64,000 nucleotides of DNA from the human T2T-CHM13v2.0 reference genome, Homo sapiens: NCBI RefSeq assembly GCF_009914755.1, contig NC_060927.1. The stretch is one strand, 5' to 3'. The first letter of the stretch is position 1; the number at the start of each line of letters is the position of its first letter. This document shows positions 39,140 through 52,841 of the stretch, one piece after another. The translations under genes and the position numbers were made by a program. The notes beneath the pieces are model-generated. The model was given only the letters and a program-made list of their open reading frames with translations, ran no database searches and was not told the origin of the DNA.

Positions 39140-39275
39140 CAGAAAAGCTAGATCTCCCTAGAGGCCCAAGGGCCCCAAACTCAGCTCTGCTGTTGAGTTT
39201 GGTGACCCAGAAGAAAACCTGTGTCCCATCTGAGCCTCAATACTCTCATCTGTAAAAAGAGGAGACTCGAGATGA
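39140..39275 (+). mobile_element. MIR/MIR3 SINE (degenerate)
   Basis: ctcagctctgctg...ggtgaccc...tctgagcctcaatactctcatctgtaaaaag. Confidence 0.65.
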
Positions 39276-39587
39276 CTGATTATTCAAATTTGCAAAATGC
39301 CCAGAGTTCACAGGAGGTAGAAGCCCTGACTTATCACAAAACATTTGGGTTTTAAATTTGTTTATAGTACTCTTATAATGTTACCTGTTAAGGCCTTGGC
39401 TATCCAAGATAGAAACTTATTTTCATACAAAAAAAGTAATATTGTGTTATATTTTCGTAAGAGAGACCCTTTGCTATCATACTGGGTTTTATTCACTATG
39501 TAAACCTATATTCCCTCCCTCTCTTTCCTCCAGGAACAAAGTTTGCTTTTCTGAGTTCACATCACATGTGTGATTACAGCAAAGACA

Positions 39588-39680
39588 GAAGTTTGAGGCT
39601 GCAGTGAGCCATGATTGTGGCACTATACTCCAGCCTGGGTGATTGAGCCAGACTTCAACCCTTAAAAAACAAAAAAGAAA
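39588..39680 (+). mobile_element. Old Alu (AluJ/FRAM-type) 3' fragment
   Basis: agtttgaggctgcagtgagccatgattgtggcactatactccagcctgggtga followed by an A-rich tail. Confidence 0.9.
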
Positions 39681-40650
39681 GGGGTGGGGTGGGTATAGTC
39701 ACATTGGGAACATAGCTGATTGTGAGCCTGCAAGAAGAAAAGTCCCCTTGCTAAAAAAGGTTTTCCAGCACTTCTTCTGAGATGCAAACATACCACGGAG
39801 GGGTCAAGCCATTCATGCCTTCATGCTATAACCACTTCAACTCCAAGAGAGTTATCTCAGTGTAAAGCAGTTTTGAACTGGAGCTGGAGGGAGGGATAGG
39901 GATAATTCTGGAACAGGGGAAGGTGAAGGAAGCAATCAGATTAACTAACACAAGGACCCTAGGCTCTGCTGGCAGAGGAGAAGATGAAGTGGGTGACAAG
40001 GACTGAAAAGAACCCAGTCTCTATTGCAGTTTTTGCCCAGGGCCTTGTCTGGAGCTGGTGAACCACTAAAAAAATCCCTTGAGAGATGTCATGGTTTATC
40101 AAAAATGCCTTTGGCTCTTCTGTTGCTCCATGGTTGTGCTGTTGCTCAACAGGGGGTCAGCAAACTACAGCCTACTTGGTTGAGGTGAGAGTAGCTTAAT
40201 CTCATATAATTTAAACTCACAAAGACTATCTCTCCATCAGATCCCTTCTGTTTTCCTTCCTTTCCTAGAGCAGGGAGGAAAAAATGTGTGAAAGTAAGGG
40301 CAAAGAAGGAGGAGGAAGAGGTAGAAGAAATTAACCTTTCCTCAGCTTCCAAGTGAGTTAGGCTTTGTGTTAGGTAAGCATCTCTCTAGATCCTTCCAAC
40401 AGCCCTGAAGATATTATTAGTAATAGGAAGTATTTTATAGGGTTGAAGCAGCTAACTAGAGCTCAAGGTGGCCAGTCAGGCTCCTTGTTACACAGCACTC
40501 TTTTCTCAGCTCCTACAAAATATTTATTTATATGTATATATTTCTTTTTCTTCTCCTCCTCCTTTCACTCATGGGTGCTTGAAAACAGGTTTAGGAGCCA
40601 GTCATGTGGAATTTATCTTTCAGGAATGTCGAACACCCCTTGAGTTATCC

Positions 40651-40780
40651 AAAGCATACCTGACTAGGAGTCAGGAGGCCTACATTTTCTGGATTAAGGC
40701 TTGGTCCTAACAAACTGTCAGTGTGGACAGGCCCATCCATCTCTGGGGTCTGCTCCAGGCCTTACAATTCTGTAATTCAC
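40651..40780 (+). mobile_element. MIR3 SINE (degenerate)
   Basis: Head gactaggagtcaggaggcct and tail tccaggccttacaattctgtaattc. Confidence 0.55.
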
Positions 40781-41232
40781 ACTCATCAATGTGGTGGCAG
40801 GCATTAGTGTGTTTGTACAAAACTCAGCAAGAAGTAGTCTCCTTAGATGCTACATGTAGACTGAAGCGAGGAACTGCCTCCTGCTAATGCCAGTTGTGTT
40901 TTGAGTAAGAAGAATAAAAGGATTGATCTGAGCTGAAAGCAGAAGGGAAGATGAGGGGAAGGCCACAGAACACATAGCTAGCAGTGGCATTGGTGGGGGT
41001 CTGAGAGAGGCAGAAGCCCAGGGCCAGAGCTGAGAGATCAGCTTGTTTTTAGCATACACGGATGTGTTTGATCACATGATGGTTGGGAGGTACCTAGGCT
41101 AAGATAATCTTAATGTTAGGTGCTCATTTTAAAACATCAATTTAATGACTGAAGCCTATTTTAATGATCCAATAAAGGCCAAAGCCCTCACTACTATGAT
41201 ACAACTATTTCTCCCTAGTATTCACTCCTTGC

Positions 41233-41275
41233 CAAAAAAAAACAAAAAAAAACAAAAAAAAAAACAAAACAAAAC
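41233..41275. repeat. (CAn) A-rich simple repeat
   Basis: Read directly. Confidence 0.9.
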
Positions 41276-41518
41276 TTGGCTGAGACAGCTATAGAGTTTC
41301 TGATTACAAAACAAGATCACCTTGATCATAATCATCTCAAGGTGCTTGGAGGAAAGAAGGAGAGATGAGTTCTTCTGAACCACATTATGTGGACAGAAAT
41401 CTTCAAAGAGTTTAATGGAGGAATTAACTTTTGAGGAATTGAAAAAGGTATCATTTTCAGTAAGAGAAAAAATGACTGATACTTTCAATTGGTATGCTAG
41501 GGAAAGATAAATTCTAGG

Positions 41519-41697
41519 CAAGACCAGCTCTATAATTTGTGGGGCTCAAGGAAAAATAAAAAAAGTAGGGCTCCTTATTAAAAAATTATTAAGAATTTCA
41601 GGACAGCAACAGAAGCACATCAAGCCAGGCATAGGGCCCGTCCAAACATGGGACCTTGTGCAACTGCACAGGTTGTATACCCATGAAGCTGGCCCTA
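41519..41697 (-). mobile_element. MER45A hAT-Tip100 MITE
   Basis: aaaaattattaagaatttcaggacagcaacag...tgtgcaactgcacaggttg...cccatgaagctggccct matches the reverse-complement MER45A consensus as I recall it. Degenerate 8-bp TSD attctagg/gttttagt. Confidence 0.88.
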
Positions 41698-44694
41698 GTT
41701 TTAGTTATTGTTTTTACCAAGGTATTCCAGTCCCAGAGCTACCCAGACCCAAATGGAAAAGCACATACCACAACTCTCAAAACTCTCAGTTAACCCTGTC
41801 TTCCTACGGTAAGGACACAACTGAATTCTGCAACAAGGATCAGAAAATCCTGGGGTCTGCCAACATATTTGATAGATTGCAACTGCACTGGCTTCTGCGA
41901 CATTTGTCACAGTCACTAATCCGTGTTTCTGTCACAACCTAAGGATGCCCAGGATATCAATGTCTGGGAATTCAAACATATTTTCTAAAAACACAAATTT
42001 ATTTAAAAACAACAACAAAACAAGCAGAAGTCACTAAAAAGAAGCTGAGTCCCCTGGATGAAAGTCTGCTCTTAATCTCTTTCTGGCTTTACCTTGAGTA
42101 GGTCTTGGGTGTATGCACACAGGTTCAGAAGTGCAGGTGAATTACCACAATAACTCTTTTCAGTTAGAGAAAAAATAGCAGAAACAGAAGAATCTGGTCA
42201 TAGCCTAGCAGAAACTCCCTCATTTCACCAACAGTATGCTTTCTCCCTTTCTTATTATGCTAAGTTGAAGCGATGACTTCACTCTCCATGGAAGCTAAGT
42301 TTCTCTTTCCTGGATGCTTGGAATGGGCCTGGTGAAAAGCTATTGGAGGGTAACATCATGTCTAAAAAATGTATGTATGTATGAAGAAAGTAGAGATTTA
42401 AAGAGCTCAGACCAACATCAAAAGAATAACAGCAGTCCAAAGTGAAATGAATGTGGCCTCTTTTCCAATGACCTTAGGGACTTTATATATACTTAGCCTA
42501 CTTCTTGAGTGGATAGACCAGTAGCTTGGCAGATGCCTAGGATGTCTGTACAGGTTGAAACTTAATTCCGTCCTTTCTATACATCTTTGTCCCATTAAAG
42601 AAAAATATCTAATATAGAGAACCAGTTCACTCCTACAGCCAGAATTATACTTTGACACTAGACCAATTGCTATATCCTTGATTTAGGATTTTTTAAAAGA
42701 TATCTATTGGCAAAGCTAATCTTTTATTTGGCTTAATAGGTTTGTACTGCTGCTCTGCGTAAGGCCATTAGGGTCCATAAGTAGATGGAAATGTGTTTGA
42801 ATCTCTATAATCATGCTTAGATTTCAAAAGTCTTCCATTTCACAGAGGTGATGTAGGCTCAGCCATCATTTTCAAGTGTTTTAACAAATGGTAATCAGCA
42901 GAGAAGGTCTTACTTTTTTTTTTTTAAAAAGTGACTGACCTTCACAATGGATGCACACATAAAACTCTGATTCATTTATTTTAAAACCATTCTCCCCTGC
43001 TGTAAATAGATAGCTACGATATATACATTAATATATGTGTGCACAATCAGCCTTAGCAATACTGCTGTGAAGTAGATGAGGATAGATGGTTTTCTATTTA
43101 TTTGACAAATACACTATTACACAGATAGGTTAAGCGATTTGTCCTGTAAGGAAGGGTGGAGCTGGGGGAAAAAAAAATCCTCCCACATCTGCTCTTACAT
43201 GATACCACTATGGAATTGGGTATCCTTTATTGTTTTTGAGTGACTTGATCTAAATAATGGGTAATGTAATTTTCCTGAAAAAAATTTCACTATTTCTCTC
43301 ATTCCCTCTTACTTTCTTCTTCTCTCTGCTTCTCCTCTGAGATTATTATAAACTATTGATAAATGTGGTTGCTCTAAATTTACACTTGCTCTTCATGGGC
43401 TTTGATGGGTTTCAGCTTCTAAAGAGAGCACAGGGGAGAAAAAAGCTTATTTCTAAAAGGTTTTAAAAGGATAGATAACGCTGGGACAGTTTATTTGAAT
43501 TAATGTCACTATAAAGTGGATACTGGTACGAGTACTGTCTTGGACCCTTCTCTCGCAAGAGCTAGTCCAAAGGCTCTGAAGTGATACCATGGGAAGGAAG
43601 AGCTTTTTGGAGGCAGAACCTGCTCATCAACACTCTGCTATTCTCCTGGGATATCAGACAAAAGCCAGAGCTTTCTGTGCACCTTCCTGTTGAACTGCTT
43701 TAACTTGGAACTATTCTCTACATTAGGGCTGTCCTCTCTGAGTCCCTGACCTTAGATGGTCTTTCTCTATTTTGGCACATATTTGCATATCAGTTACGGT
43801 GACATATTTGATAAATAATGGGCCTCACTGTTTTTTGGCCAGTGAAAAACTATTTTGCTATTATTTTAACTCTTTATTATCTCTTTTGTCGATTATTTGT
43901 GTGACTAAAAAGATTTCTTGTCTCTTATCATGCTTCTGGTTACTGTTTCTCAATGTCATCTGGTAAATGCTTAGAAAATACAATTTTATTTTGATAAATT
44001 CTAAACAAAACATAATTATGAAGAAAAACCAACAGAGACAAGTATATAATGAATTTTGAAGCTAAATATAATAAATAGTTCTGAATTTTCTGCCACTCCG
44101 GCTCATTTAGAATGTAACATTGCTGACAAATTAGTTATTCATGCTGTTTTTTAAAAATCAGGGGCAAAATTATAAGTTTCAATTCTCCTAATAGGAGTTA
44201 TAACCCCTGCAGCATGAAAGCACTTGAGTAATGTTTGCTATGTGAAACTGGCTTCGGTGATTTCTCCTGAAGGAAACTGCACTATCAAAACCTTCATCAA
44301 GGCTGCTTCTGTTTAAGACCCACTGCACTACGAATGTCCCTGTACCCGTCAGAACCTTGGCTGGCTGTCATCCCATCAAGCACCTCATCTGCAGTTGCCA
44401 CTCAGACATGTAAAGCGTGTGTTTGGGGACGACGCGCGGTGGAATGAGAAGGGATACAGAGCTCTGTTGTACCACTACATTTATTGTAAGCAACCACTTA
44501 CGCGGCAACTGCTTTGCTCTTTTATATTCTAGGCAACACACCGGTGAATATAATTCATAATGAACATATTCAACATTTTTTCCATCAGTTCAATACATTA
44601 TTCATAAATATTAGAGATGGAAAGACCTGGAAGATTACAGAGTCCAAACCTCCTTTTTGTAACTCCCTTTCCCCTAACTGTTGATGGTAGCTCA

Positions 44695-44790
44695 AAAAAT
44701 CCAAACCAAAACCAAAACAAAAAAAACCACCAACAAAACAAAATAAACCAAACAAACAAATAAAATACAAACACACAAGGAAAGCAACAA
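44695..44790. repeat. A/C-rich low-complexity region ((CAAA)n-like)
   Basis: Read directly. Confidence 0.85.
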
Positions 44791-46397
44791 ATTTACAAAT
44801 TTTATAAGTAAAGTGAAAAGCTCCAAAGCTCGTGTTTGGTGGGGGTTGTTGGGGGCAGGATTTACACTGATGGAGCTCGCTGAAGACTAGGAGTATGGAT
44901 GACTCTTTGCTTTGAAGACAGGCCAAGGGAGGGAAATGTCAGTTTCCCCCTTTTAGATAACAATTCAAGGTAAAGCCCAAGAGGCAATACCAAGTTCTTG
45001 GCCAAGTGTTAACTATCCATCTCTACAGCCTGTTGTGGACTCAGGACTCAGGCACTCTTCTCTTCATTTAGAACTTGAGATATTAATGCTAATGATAAAA
45101 AGAAAATGTATAAATGAATAGAGAGTGAAAACTACTAGAGAATGCTCCCTGGGATTATCTGTACTATCAAGATAGGAAAACTTTGCAGATGCTACTGTCT
45201 CTCTAGAGGAATAAATGCTTGCATTTTAATATTCTCAGCAGCTGGTTCCTGTTGAATGCCATCAGGATGATTCAGCCACCCACCAGGAACACCAGTAACA
45301 GCAAGTGCACACACAGAAATCTGCAAAACTTTCTTCTCTTGATGCCAACACCATTACTCTGGCAAAGTCAAAATCCTTTATTGAATTATCAGTTCTACTA
45401 AATGTGACCTTGTTCCCCTCACAAATACCAGCTTATTCTCAAATAAATGGAACTTCTGGCTGATTAAAATGTAACATTCCTTCTGACTTGAGCACACCCT
45501 GCTGTCAGTCTCTCTTCTGCCATGTTCATGTGATCTACCTCTTTTTCGTTTTCTTGCTATCCACTGAAACCTTGAAGGACTGGCAAGATCCATACATACT
45601 CAGAGTCCACTTTGTATGTTGCTCTGCTTGCTAAACCCATACATTTAATGTTATATCTCTACCCTTACATGTCTCAAGTTATTTCATCATTTCCATTTTT
45701 TAGACATTTTCTATTTCCACAGAATGTGTTTGTATGTCTGGAAAAACAGAAATGTGTAGCTGAACTGCATTTACCATTGACCTCATTAATACAGAATTAC
45801 CATGCCATATTCAAGCTAGATAAAAATGCTATACTTGCCCTCTTCTTCAAATTTAGACCAGATTACACACTAAAGGGAAGAAAATGCCAAAGATGACAGC
45901 TAGCTATCAAAAAGATCTCACTGTCTCATTTTCAGGTCTCCAAAGTAAAATCTAAGGACATTCAACACAGATTCAGGTGCTCTCAACAGCCATGAAAATA
46001 TATGGCTGAAGAGGGAATCTATAAATGTAATGAATACACAATTGGCTTATAACAGATGCAACCAAAATTAAATTCGATATCTTGACCTGCTCTCCAAAGT
46101 GAAAGTTTCTAGTTTAGGCTACAGACAGAGGTGTAACAAGCTCATTAATCACATGAACCAGAAATATAAGCTGACACTTCTGGGGATGCTGCAAAGAGCA
46201 GTCTTAAGCTGTTGGGGGTCTGTGGGGAACCTGAAAAATCATGTGGCTCTGACAGTCCACAGCAAGCAACACCACTGCATTTTACAATGTATGTGGGTCA
46301 GGCACTGGCCATAACCACCACTATTTTAAACTTCCAGGACAGGATTTAAGGATCTTTGTAGGGAAATAATAGGTCCAATATGGACTTTTATAAAAAG

Positions 46398-46860
46398 ATT
46401 CAATATATTTTTATTAGGTTCCTGTTACACAAAAATCATTGTGTTCATTGCATGAGAAGACAATGAATTAGGTCAATCTATGACCTCGAGAAGTATATAA
46501 ATGGGAAAGAATCAGAGGCAGGGGAATATTAATAAGTAATAGTAGCAATAACAATAACAACAATGATGAGTGATAACCTTGAGCTAGTCATTCTGCTAAG
46601 CACTTTATATACTACATTTCATGGAATTCTTATAGTATCCTAGGAAGGCAGATATCGTTTTTCTCTTTACAGACGTGGAACGTGAGGCCCAGTAAAATTA
46701 AGTACATTGCCTAAAATTATGTAGACCTGTTCTTTACATTACAAATAAATACATAAATAGCTTGCATATAAAATGAAATATGGCAAGGCTCATTAAAAGA
46801 TACAAAGTGTTGTAGAAATAAAGGAGGCAGAATGTGTTTCTATTTGGGAATACTAGGAGA
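46398..46860 (-). mobile_element. L2 3' fragment interrupted by a MIR
   Basis: attcaatatatttttattaggttcctg...tgacctcgagaagt, resuming after the MIR as gatacaaagtgttgtagaaataaagg. Confidence 0.5.
46535..46725 (-). mobile_element. MIR SINE
   Basis: tgctaagcactttatatac...tttacagacgtggaacgtgaggcccag...ttaagtacattgcctaa. Confidence 0.8.
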
Positions 46861-47364
46861 AAAGGAACATGGATGGGAAAATGTGGTGTGTGCTTAGGAA
46901 ACAAGGATTGTTCCAGTTTGTAATGTTATAAACCTGTTGAATCATCAATGTCTCATTAGAACTCATACTTTGATAAGATAGTAAAATATACCAATCTGTA
47001 CAGGAATATTTCTACAAAGAAATACTTCTTTCCAAAAGATCTTCTGACTACAATTTCTCAAAACTTTTCTTGTTATTTATTTTTTGGTGGCGATAGAGGG
47101 AGAAAAAATGTGAGATACAAGGCTATGGAGGTCTGGGCAGCAGTGTTAACTCCAGAGTCTCTAGGGAGTACAATGCATTTGGGTGCATTTTCCTTCATTC
47201 CTCAGAATGCCTTATCCTCATCACACATATTTGTCCCTGCCACATCCGAGGTGAGGTTACTGGCATAGAAATAGAAACCCTGAGGGTCTGGTTTCTTCCA
47301 CTTCTTCAAAGTGGGATATCACTTACTTTTTATTTTTATAAATTAGTTTTAGTGGTCAGCCTTT

Positions 47365-47862
47365 TGGCATAGGAGTACATCAAGAAAACGTGAGTTAGAA
47401 AACTTGAGTTCTGGTCCCAGTTTTGCCTTGCTCATCTTGAAAGCATTTTATCTCTTCTCTGTGTTTAAGTTTTCTTATTGGCAAAATGAGTAGTTTAAGC
47501 CTGAATATCATTTCTTAATCTGTTGGACAACCCCCTCATCAAATTTTTTTTGATAAAAATAAAACCTTGTTTTAATGTAGATCCTTCTATTCTTCTCTAT
47601 TTAAAATTCCTGGTTCACAGAATGCAATATATAGTACCATTAGTCCAGATAATTTTGTAGAGCTTTACTTTCTCTATTTTGTTAAGTTTTTCTCGTAAAT
47701 TTTGTTTTCCAAATATAAAACATTGTAATATATATGTATTTTCAAATTCTACACGGTCCTCGACCAGATATTCCAATATTCCATTCTGAAGAGTTGGTTA
47801 ATCCACTCACCCATATTGAGATATCTAAAGCCCCTTCAAGCTCCAAGATACAGTGATTATGA
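47365..47862 (+). mobile_element. MIR3 split by a ~310-bp unidentified insert
   Basis: 5' part gagttagaaaacttgagttctggtcccag...ggcaaaatgag (to ~47506). Tail atctaaagccccttcaagctccaagatacagtgattatga (~47822-47862). Confidence 0.55.
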
Positions 47863-49489
47863 TGCTCTGATGCTGACATTTGCTTTGTCAACGCTTAAAG
47901 CAGAGCTTTTAAACTTCAAACAATAGCATAACAAGTTGCTATAACAATTACACTTACATAAATCTTTAAGCAGATGTGCATAACAGCTCTTTACATCTAC
48001 TATCACACTGGACAACCAAAGCTTATGATGTTGTTATAAATCCTTGCAATAGTAAATTCTACAGTTAATTATAACCTATAGGAAAAAGTACTGTCCATAT
48101 TTAGAATTGATTGACTCTTATTTTCCACATCTGTTAATTTTGCACCCAGCTATAGGGCTTTAAATAGCTCCCATAACTTTAATCATTAGCCCCCACTCAG
48201 TCATGGCTTCTATGTCTCACCCTTCTGACCTTGCCCACTGAGTTCACTCTTACTGATGTAATCAAACATGTTTCATTGTAGTTGCATTCGTCACAGTGCT
48301 CATTAGAATTATCATCATTCCTACAGCACCTCAGTGCAATGAAATTGTGTGCCTATGCAATTTGTTGTTATTTTAAGTTCTTCAGCTGGAATTTTAAAAA
48401 TCTAGATGGACAATTTTATTTTATCTGATCGATAAATATATATCCAGTTAAGTGCCTCTGAAAAATTGGTAAGAAAATTATTTATTAGAGCAAAATCTTA
48501 AGTCTAGAGAGATTTTTGTAAACTTGGACAGCAGCATTCACTGACCTTGAATCCACAGGTTCAAAATTTATTAGTGTCAAGTTAGTCTTTTAAAGCAATC
48601 CATTAAAGCAATAAGTATAAAATATATATGGTTTACATTTATGTATGTGTTGAATTTAATAAATTAGTCAGGAGTCAAGGTATTTTTAAAGAAATATTAA
48701 ATCTGTTCTATATTGATCAATTAACTGACTTTCTAACTTAAAATATTATTTTGCTGTAGTTAAAACCTTTTTTTCTTTTTAAAACAAACAGAGTACATAA
48801 ACTGTAAGGTGGCAATGTAGTTCACTGCGACAATCTATATATTCCTTAACGTTTGTTCTTTTTATGGTCATGGTATGTAGAAACAAATAAATGTATAATA
48901 GTTTAAGTCCAGGAGTTTTTGCCTGACTAAATTCTAAACACATAGCTTAAATAAAGGGTTGAAAGCCTGGCATCTCATCATTACTGTTTATATGTTATAA
49001 GGTTTGCAGTGCCACCTTATAAAATATATAGTTGTTTATTTTCATGTTCAATAAATAAGTAGTGTGGGGTTTCAGACTGAGAATGGATTACAGATTGTTC
49101 TCTCCTGGTTATTTTTGGCTTTAAGTATATTGATCATTTTATCATTTTCTTGTTTTAAACTACTTTAAACACAGCACAAATGTTATTCTCATCATGCCAG
49201 AAATGGGTTTGGAATTGATTCTGAGTTTCCATCAATTTTACTCTTTGCTCTTTGTGAGAAGTTTTGCACTGCTTAAATTCGAAAGGATAGTTTTGTTTAA
49301 AAGATGTCACAGTACAACATTTAGAGAACCTTAGCTGCCCAGAAAAACTCAGATTTTCTGCTTTACAAAAGAATAAAAATCATCGAATTTATTACCCTGG
49401 ACTTTATTGAAATCAGTGAAGAATATTCATACAAATACAGTTTCACGAACTTCCTCTCTCTCTTTCTTCATGTAAGTGTTTGACAAAAG

Positions 49490-49640
49490 CATGTATCTTC
49501 TGAGAAGCCGGCCTGATTGGTCCAGGTTGGCACTGTTTCAGTGTTTGGCCTACGGCGGCTGCTTAGGAATAATTTCATCTCATCCTCTCTATTTTCCTGG
49601 ACTGTATCAAACTCAGACACGTGGTATGCAAAGGAAATCC
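49490..49640. promoter_or_regulatory. Motif-dense candidate regulatory element
   Basis: NF-Y box ctgattgg (49513-49520), NFI half-sites ttggc, E-box cacgtg (49618-49623), several retained CpGs. Confidence 0.35.
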
Positions 49641-50927
49641 AAGTCTTTTAAAAATGCTATTTCTTTTGGTACTAAAGCCAAGACCAGTTCTACTTTGGCC
49701 AAATGATCTTATCAAGATTTAACAAGAGATATTCAGTAATATCTCCAATCTGTGAGAAGACATTCCACTAAGGAAGATAATTTATTACATACAGTGTACA
49801 TATATTTCTCCACTTGGTACCAGGAAGAGACATGATCAAACTTATTCTATTGGTACTGAAAACAATGTAACACTGACAAAAATTCTGTGGCAATTATTCA
49901 TTTCAATTAATTTAAAAAGAAATAAACAAGTAGCTCTTCCCCCATTAAAACAGATACTGGAAATCTATTTTCAGTTATTGCTGAAAATATTTTGGCTTCC
50001 ACAAAGGCACCTTACTAACACACTACTTTGCCCTCCACTGTGCTGTCACAATTCAGAACTTGTAACATTTTATTCAGGTACTCTAGACTAATTAGATGAA
50101 ACAACTGCATTACAGTATTAAGATGCTTTTGTAGAATTAAATGAAAGGAGATCTGCACAGTTCAGATAGCTTGGAAGATTTGCAATGAATATCACCAAAA
50201 TCCTGCATGTGCAATATATTTTTCTACATTTACAAATTAGCTAATGAATAAGTGTATTCCACAATAACTGCTAGGATTTAATTTCACACTTAAGAATATC
50301 AACAAACACAGAGAGAAATTTAGATAGGTAAACTCCATTTCCCTTCCCACCCCACCCTAGTGCTCCCCTGCACTGTTTGCATTTCAGAACAAATGCTTCA
50401 TGTCTCTTGAAAAGCGCCAGGAAATCTCTTCTCTAGCTATGCAGGCCTCAATTTTATGTGTGTAGTATGACACACCTTAAAAGAGAGAGCCCCACAAACT
50501 AGAGTGGGACGTTAATTTAAATACAGACTTAAGGAGAAGAGCTCCATCTACTGAATCAGTTAGATCATAGTGTGTACCCTATAGTTATCCCATTCACTAC
50601 TTTCAACCACTTAGAGGCTCTGGAGGGAACAGGAAAGTTATAGACCTGAGCAACCATGAAAAACAGCTTTGAGCCTAATGCCATTTGGGATATTTCTCGG
50701 ATACCCTGAGCCCCTTTCCTTTGCCCCTCCAATTTCAAAGCTTTCCATGTTGCAATATAAAATAAAAATGGATGTTTTGCTATATGAACCATCCCTTGGA
50801 AGTAGAAAGTCATTGGTTGTTGAAGGAAATGTCTCAGACAGTTGAAGAGAAAGCTACAGAAAGAAAATCTCTAGCTGGCAGGTTGGGCAGCCTAGGTAAG
50901 AAGGGAAAAGAAGAGTAGCCTACTTAC

Positions 50928-51059
50928 TCCTCCTGCCTTGCACCATTGCTGGGGAAGCCTGCAGCCACCCAGGATCAGCTCTTCTGGCCTCTCCCCGGCT
51001 GCACAGTATTGTTGTGGCATTGGGAATTTGCTGTGGCTTCGTAAGATTATGGGGATGTG
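50928..51059 (-). other. Candidate non-coding exon (5' boundary uncertain)
   Basis: GC-richer block ending GGAGGA|gtaagt on the minus strand, preceded by a T-rich tract. The acceptor (gctgaag|) is weak, so it may be a first exon. Confidence 0.4.
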
Positions 51060-52841
51060 CTTCAGCAAGCCAAAAAAGTCACAAACAAAATTCAAGAGGA
51101 AAAAAAAAAAGTATAAAAACAGCTGATCTTACTGGAGAAGCTCTTGGCATTTTCCTACATATGCCACAATTTTCTCTGGTATTTCCTGGTTCTGTGATCA
51201 GAAAAATTATCGTATCATATTTATTACTGTTGTTTTTTTCAGGGTTGCTGGTGGTGACGGGTGGTACAGTGAGGGCAAACAGATGGATCAAGGAGAAGCA
51301 AAGTAAAGATTACTTCTCCCACTTGTTTGAAAGCTTTCCAAGAGATTGCAGGTTAAAAAATCTCTTCTTCAGAATACTGAAGATGTATAGATATCACATA
51401 TAGGAAAAGATGGCCATACTCTTTCTAGATTGGGAAAGAAAAAAACTTCTAACACAGTAACAGATTCGGAACAAAGCAAATTGTATCAGAAAAAACTTAA
51501 ACGTTCATATAGCTGCATAAAATTCAGCAGCATATAAGACTTATAAAAATACTTCATAAATTAAGATAAAATATTTGAATATAAATGGGTGTTAAGTATA
51601 TATATAATTGGATGAAAGCAATAGTTCAGTGAATTTTTTATTACAGAAAAATAAAATATAATGAATTAACAAAAGTTTTACAGTAATGCTAACCTTTTCT
51701 CTTGTAGGTTAAAATAGAATTAATGTAACTGTAAAGTGGATTCATGTTTCCCTGTGGGTGTGAATGTATATATATACCTGCCCAGGTATTACTGACTGAC
51801 ACTGAAAGGTGATATGTTGCAAAGAAATTCAAACTTTGAGCATTATTTTAAATTGGGTATTTAAAATATCAGTATTAACCTGGCAGGTTTCTTTCTTTTT
51901 CTTTCTTTCTTTTTAATACATTTAATTTTCAGGGTCTGTTTTAAAGCACGAAAAGAAAAACAGATTAGAAAAGCATTGCACATCAATAAGTATTTTGTAA
52001 AATAATCCATTTGCATTTATTAGAATATTCAGTTCTCAAAAAACGGCTAATTGGATTTTCTTCAAGCCTTTTCAAGACAAGTTCAGTTCTGTGTCAAGGA
52101 TAACTATGAGAAATTTCACCTCAAAAGGTAATTTGTTTGGTTAGTTATAAAAGCCTGAAAAACAAGATTATCTCCACCATAACTATAACAAAACAGCTAA
52201 TGAGTAAGTACATTCTGGTAAGAATCGATAAGAATGGCAAAGCCTGAGAGGGTCATCGCAGACTTGAGAAAGGTAACCAAGTGAGGAAACATCAAACAGA
52301 GTTAAAGCATTCTGAAAAACGGAAAGTGTTAATAATCACTGACAGGAAAGAATATTCTTCGATAGCGATGACAACAACAAAACAAAACAAAACAAAACAA
52401 CTAAAACAACTGGAAATACATATCTCCAGAGGCAAACTATGACTACTTATTAAGCAAGAGGAGAACCTGCTTCTTTGTCATTCCCTTTGGAAGCCTAGCT
52501 TTAAAAAAAAAAAAAAAAAAAGGTTGCACAAAAGATACATGTGTTCCTTTTCTGGTATTATTACAGGCCCACCTAGATTTAGCTTTCGATTCCAGATGAG
52601 ATCAGGCATGTTCAGACTAGCACATCTTTGCTCTGTAAGCACAGAGCTGCTATCATTTCACTGGCAAATTCTCGTATCCCCAAATTTATGCACAATAGAT
52701 ACCCTTTAAAATCTGCAAATTTTCTATTTCAGTGAAATAACTGATTGAGTTAATTTTTTTTCTTAATTTACGCTGCTCGTATTAAGCTGAAAAGTTAAGG
52801 CAGGCAACTCCTATAAAAAAGGAAAGTTGAACAGTACTTAC

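Noticed and set aside
39175-39202. 9-bp inverted repeat ccaaactca/tgagtttgg
   Set aside because: Short, inside a decayed MIR, and too small for a pre-miRNA.
39681-39693. G-rich run ggggtggggtggg
   Set aside because: Only three G-tracts, so not a canonical G4.
40150-40180. MER58-like terminus cagggggtcagcaaactacagcc
   Set aside because: Only ~30 bp with no matching other end; insufficient to call an element.
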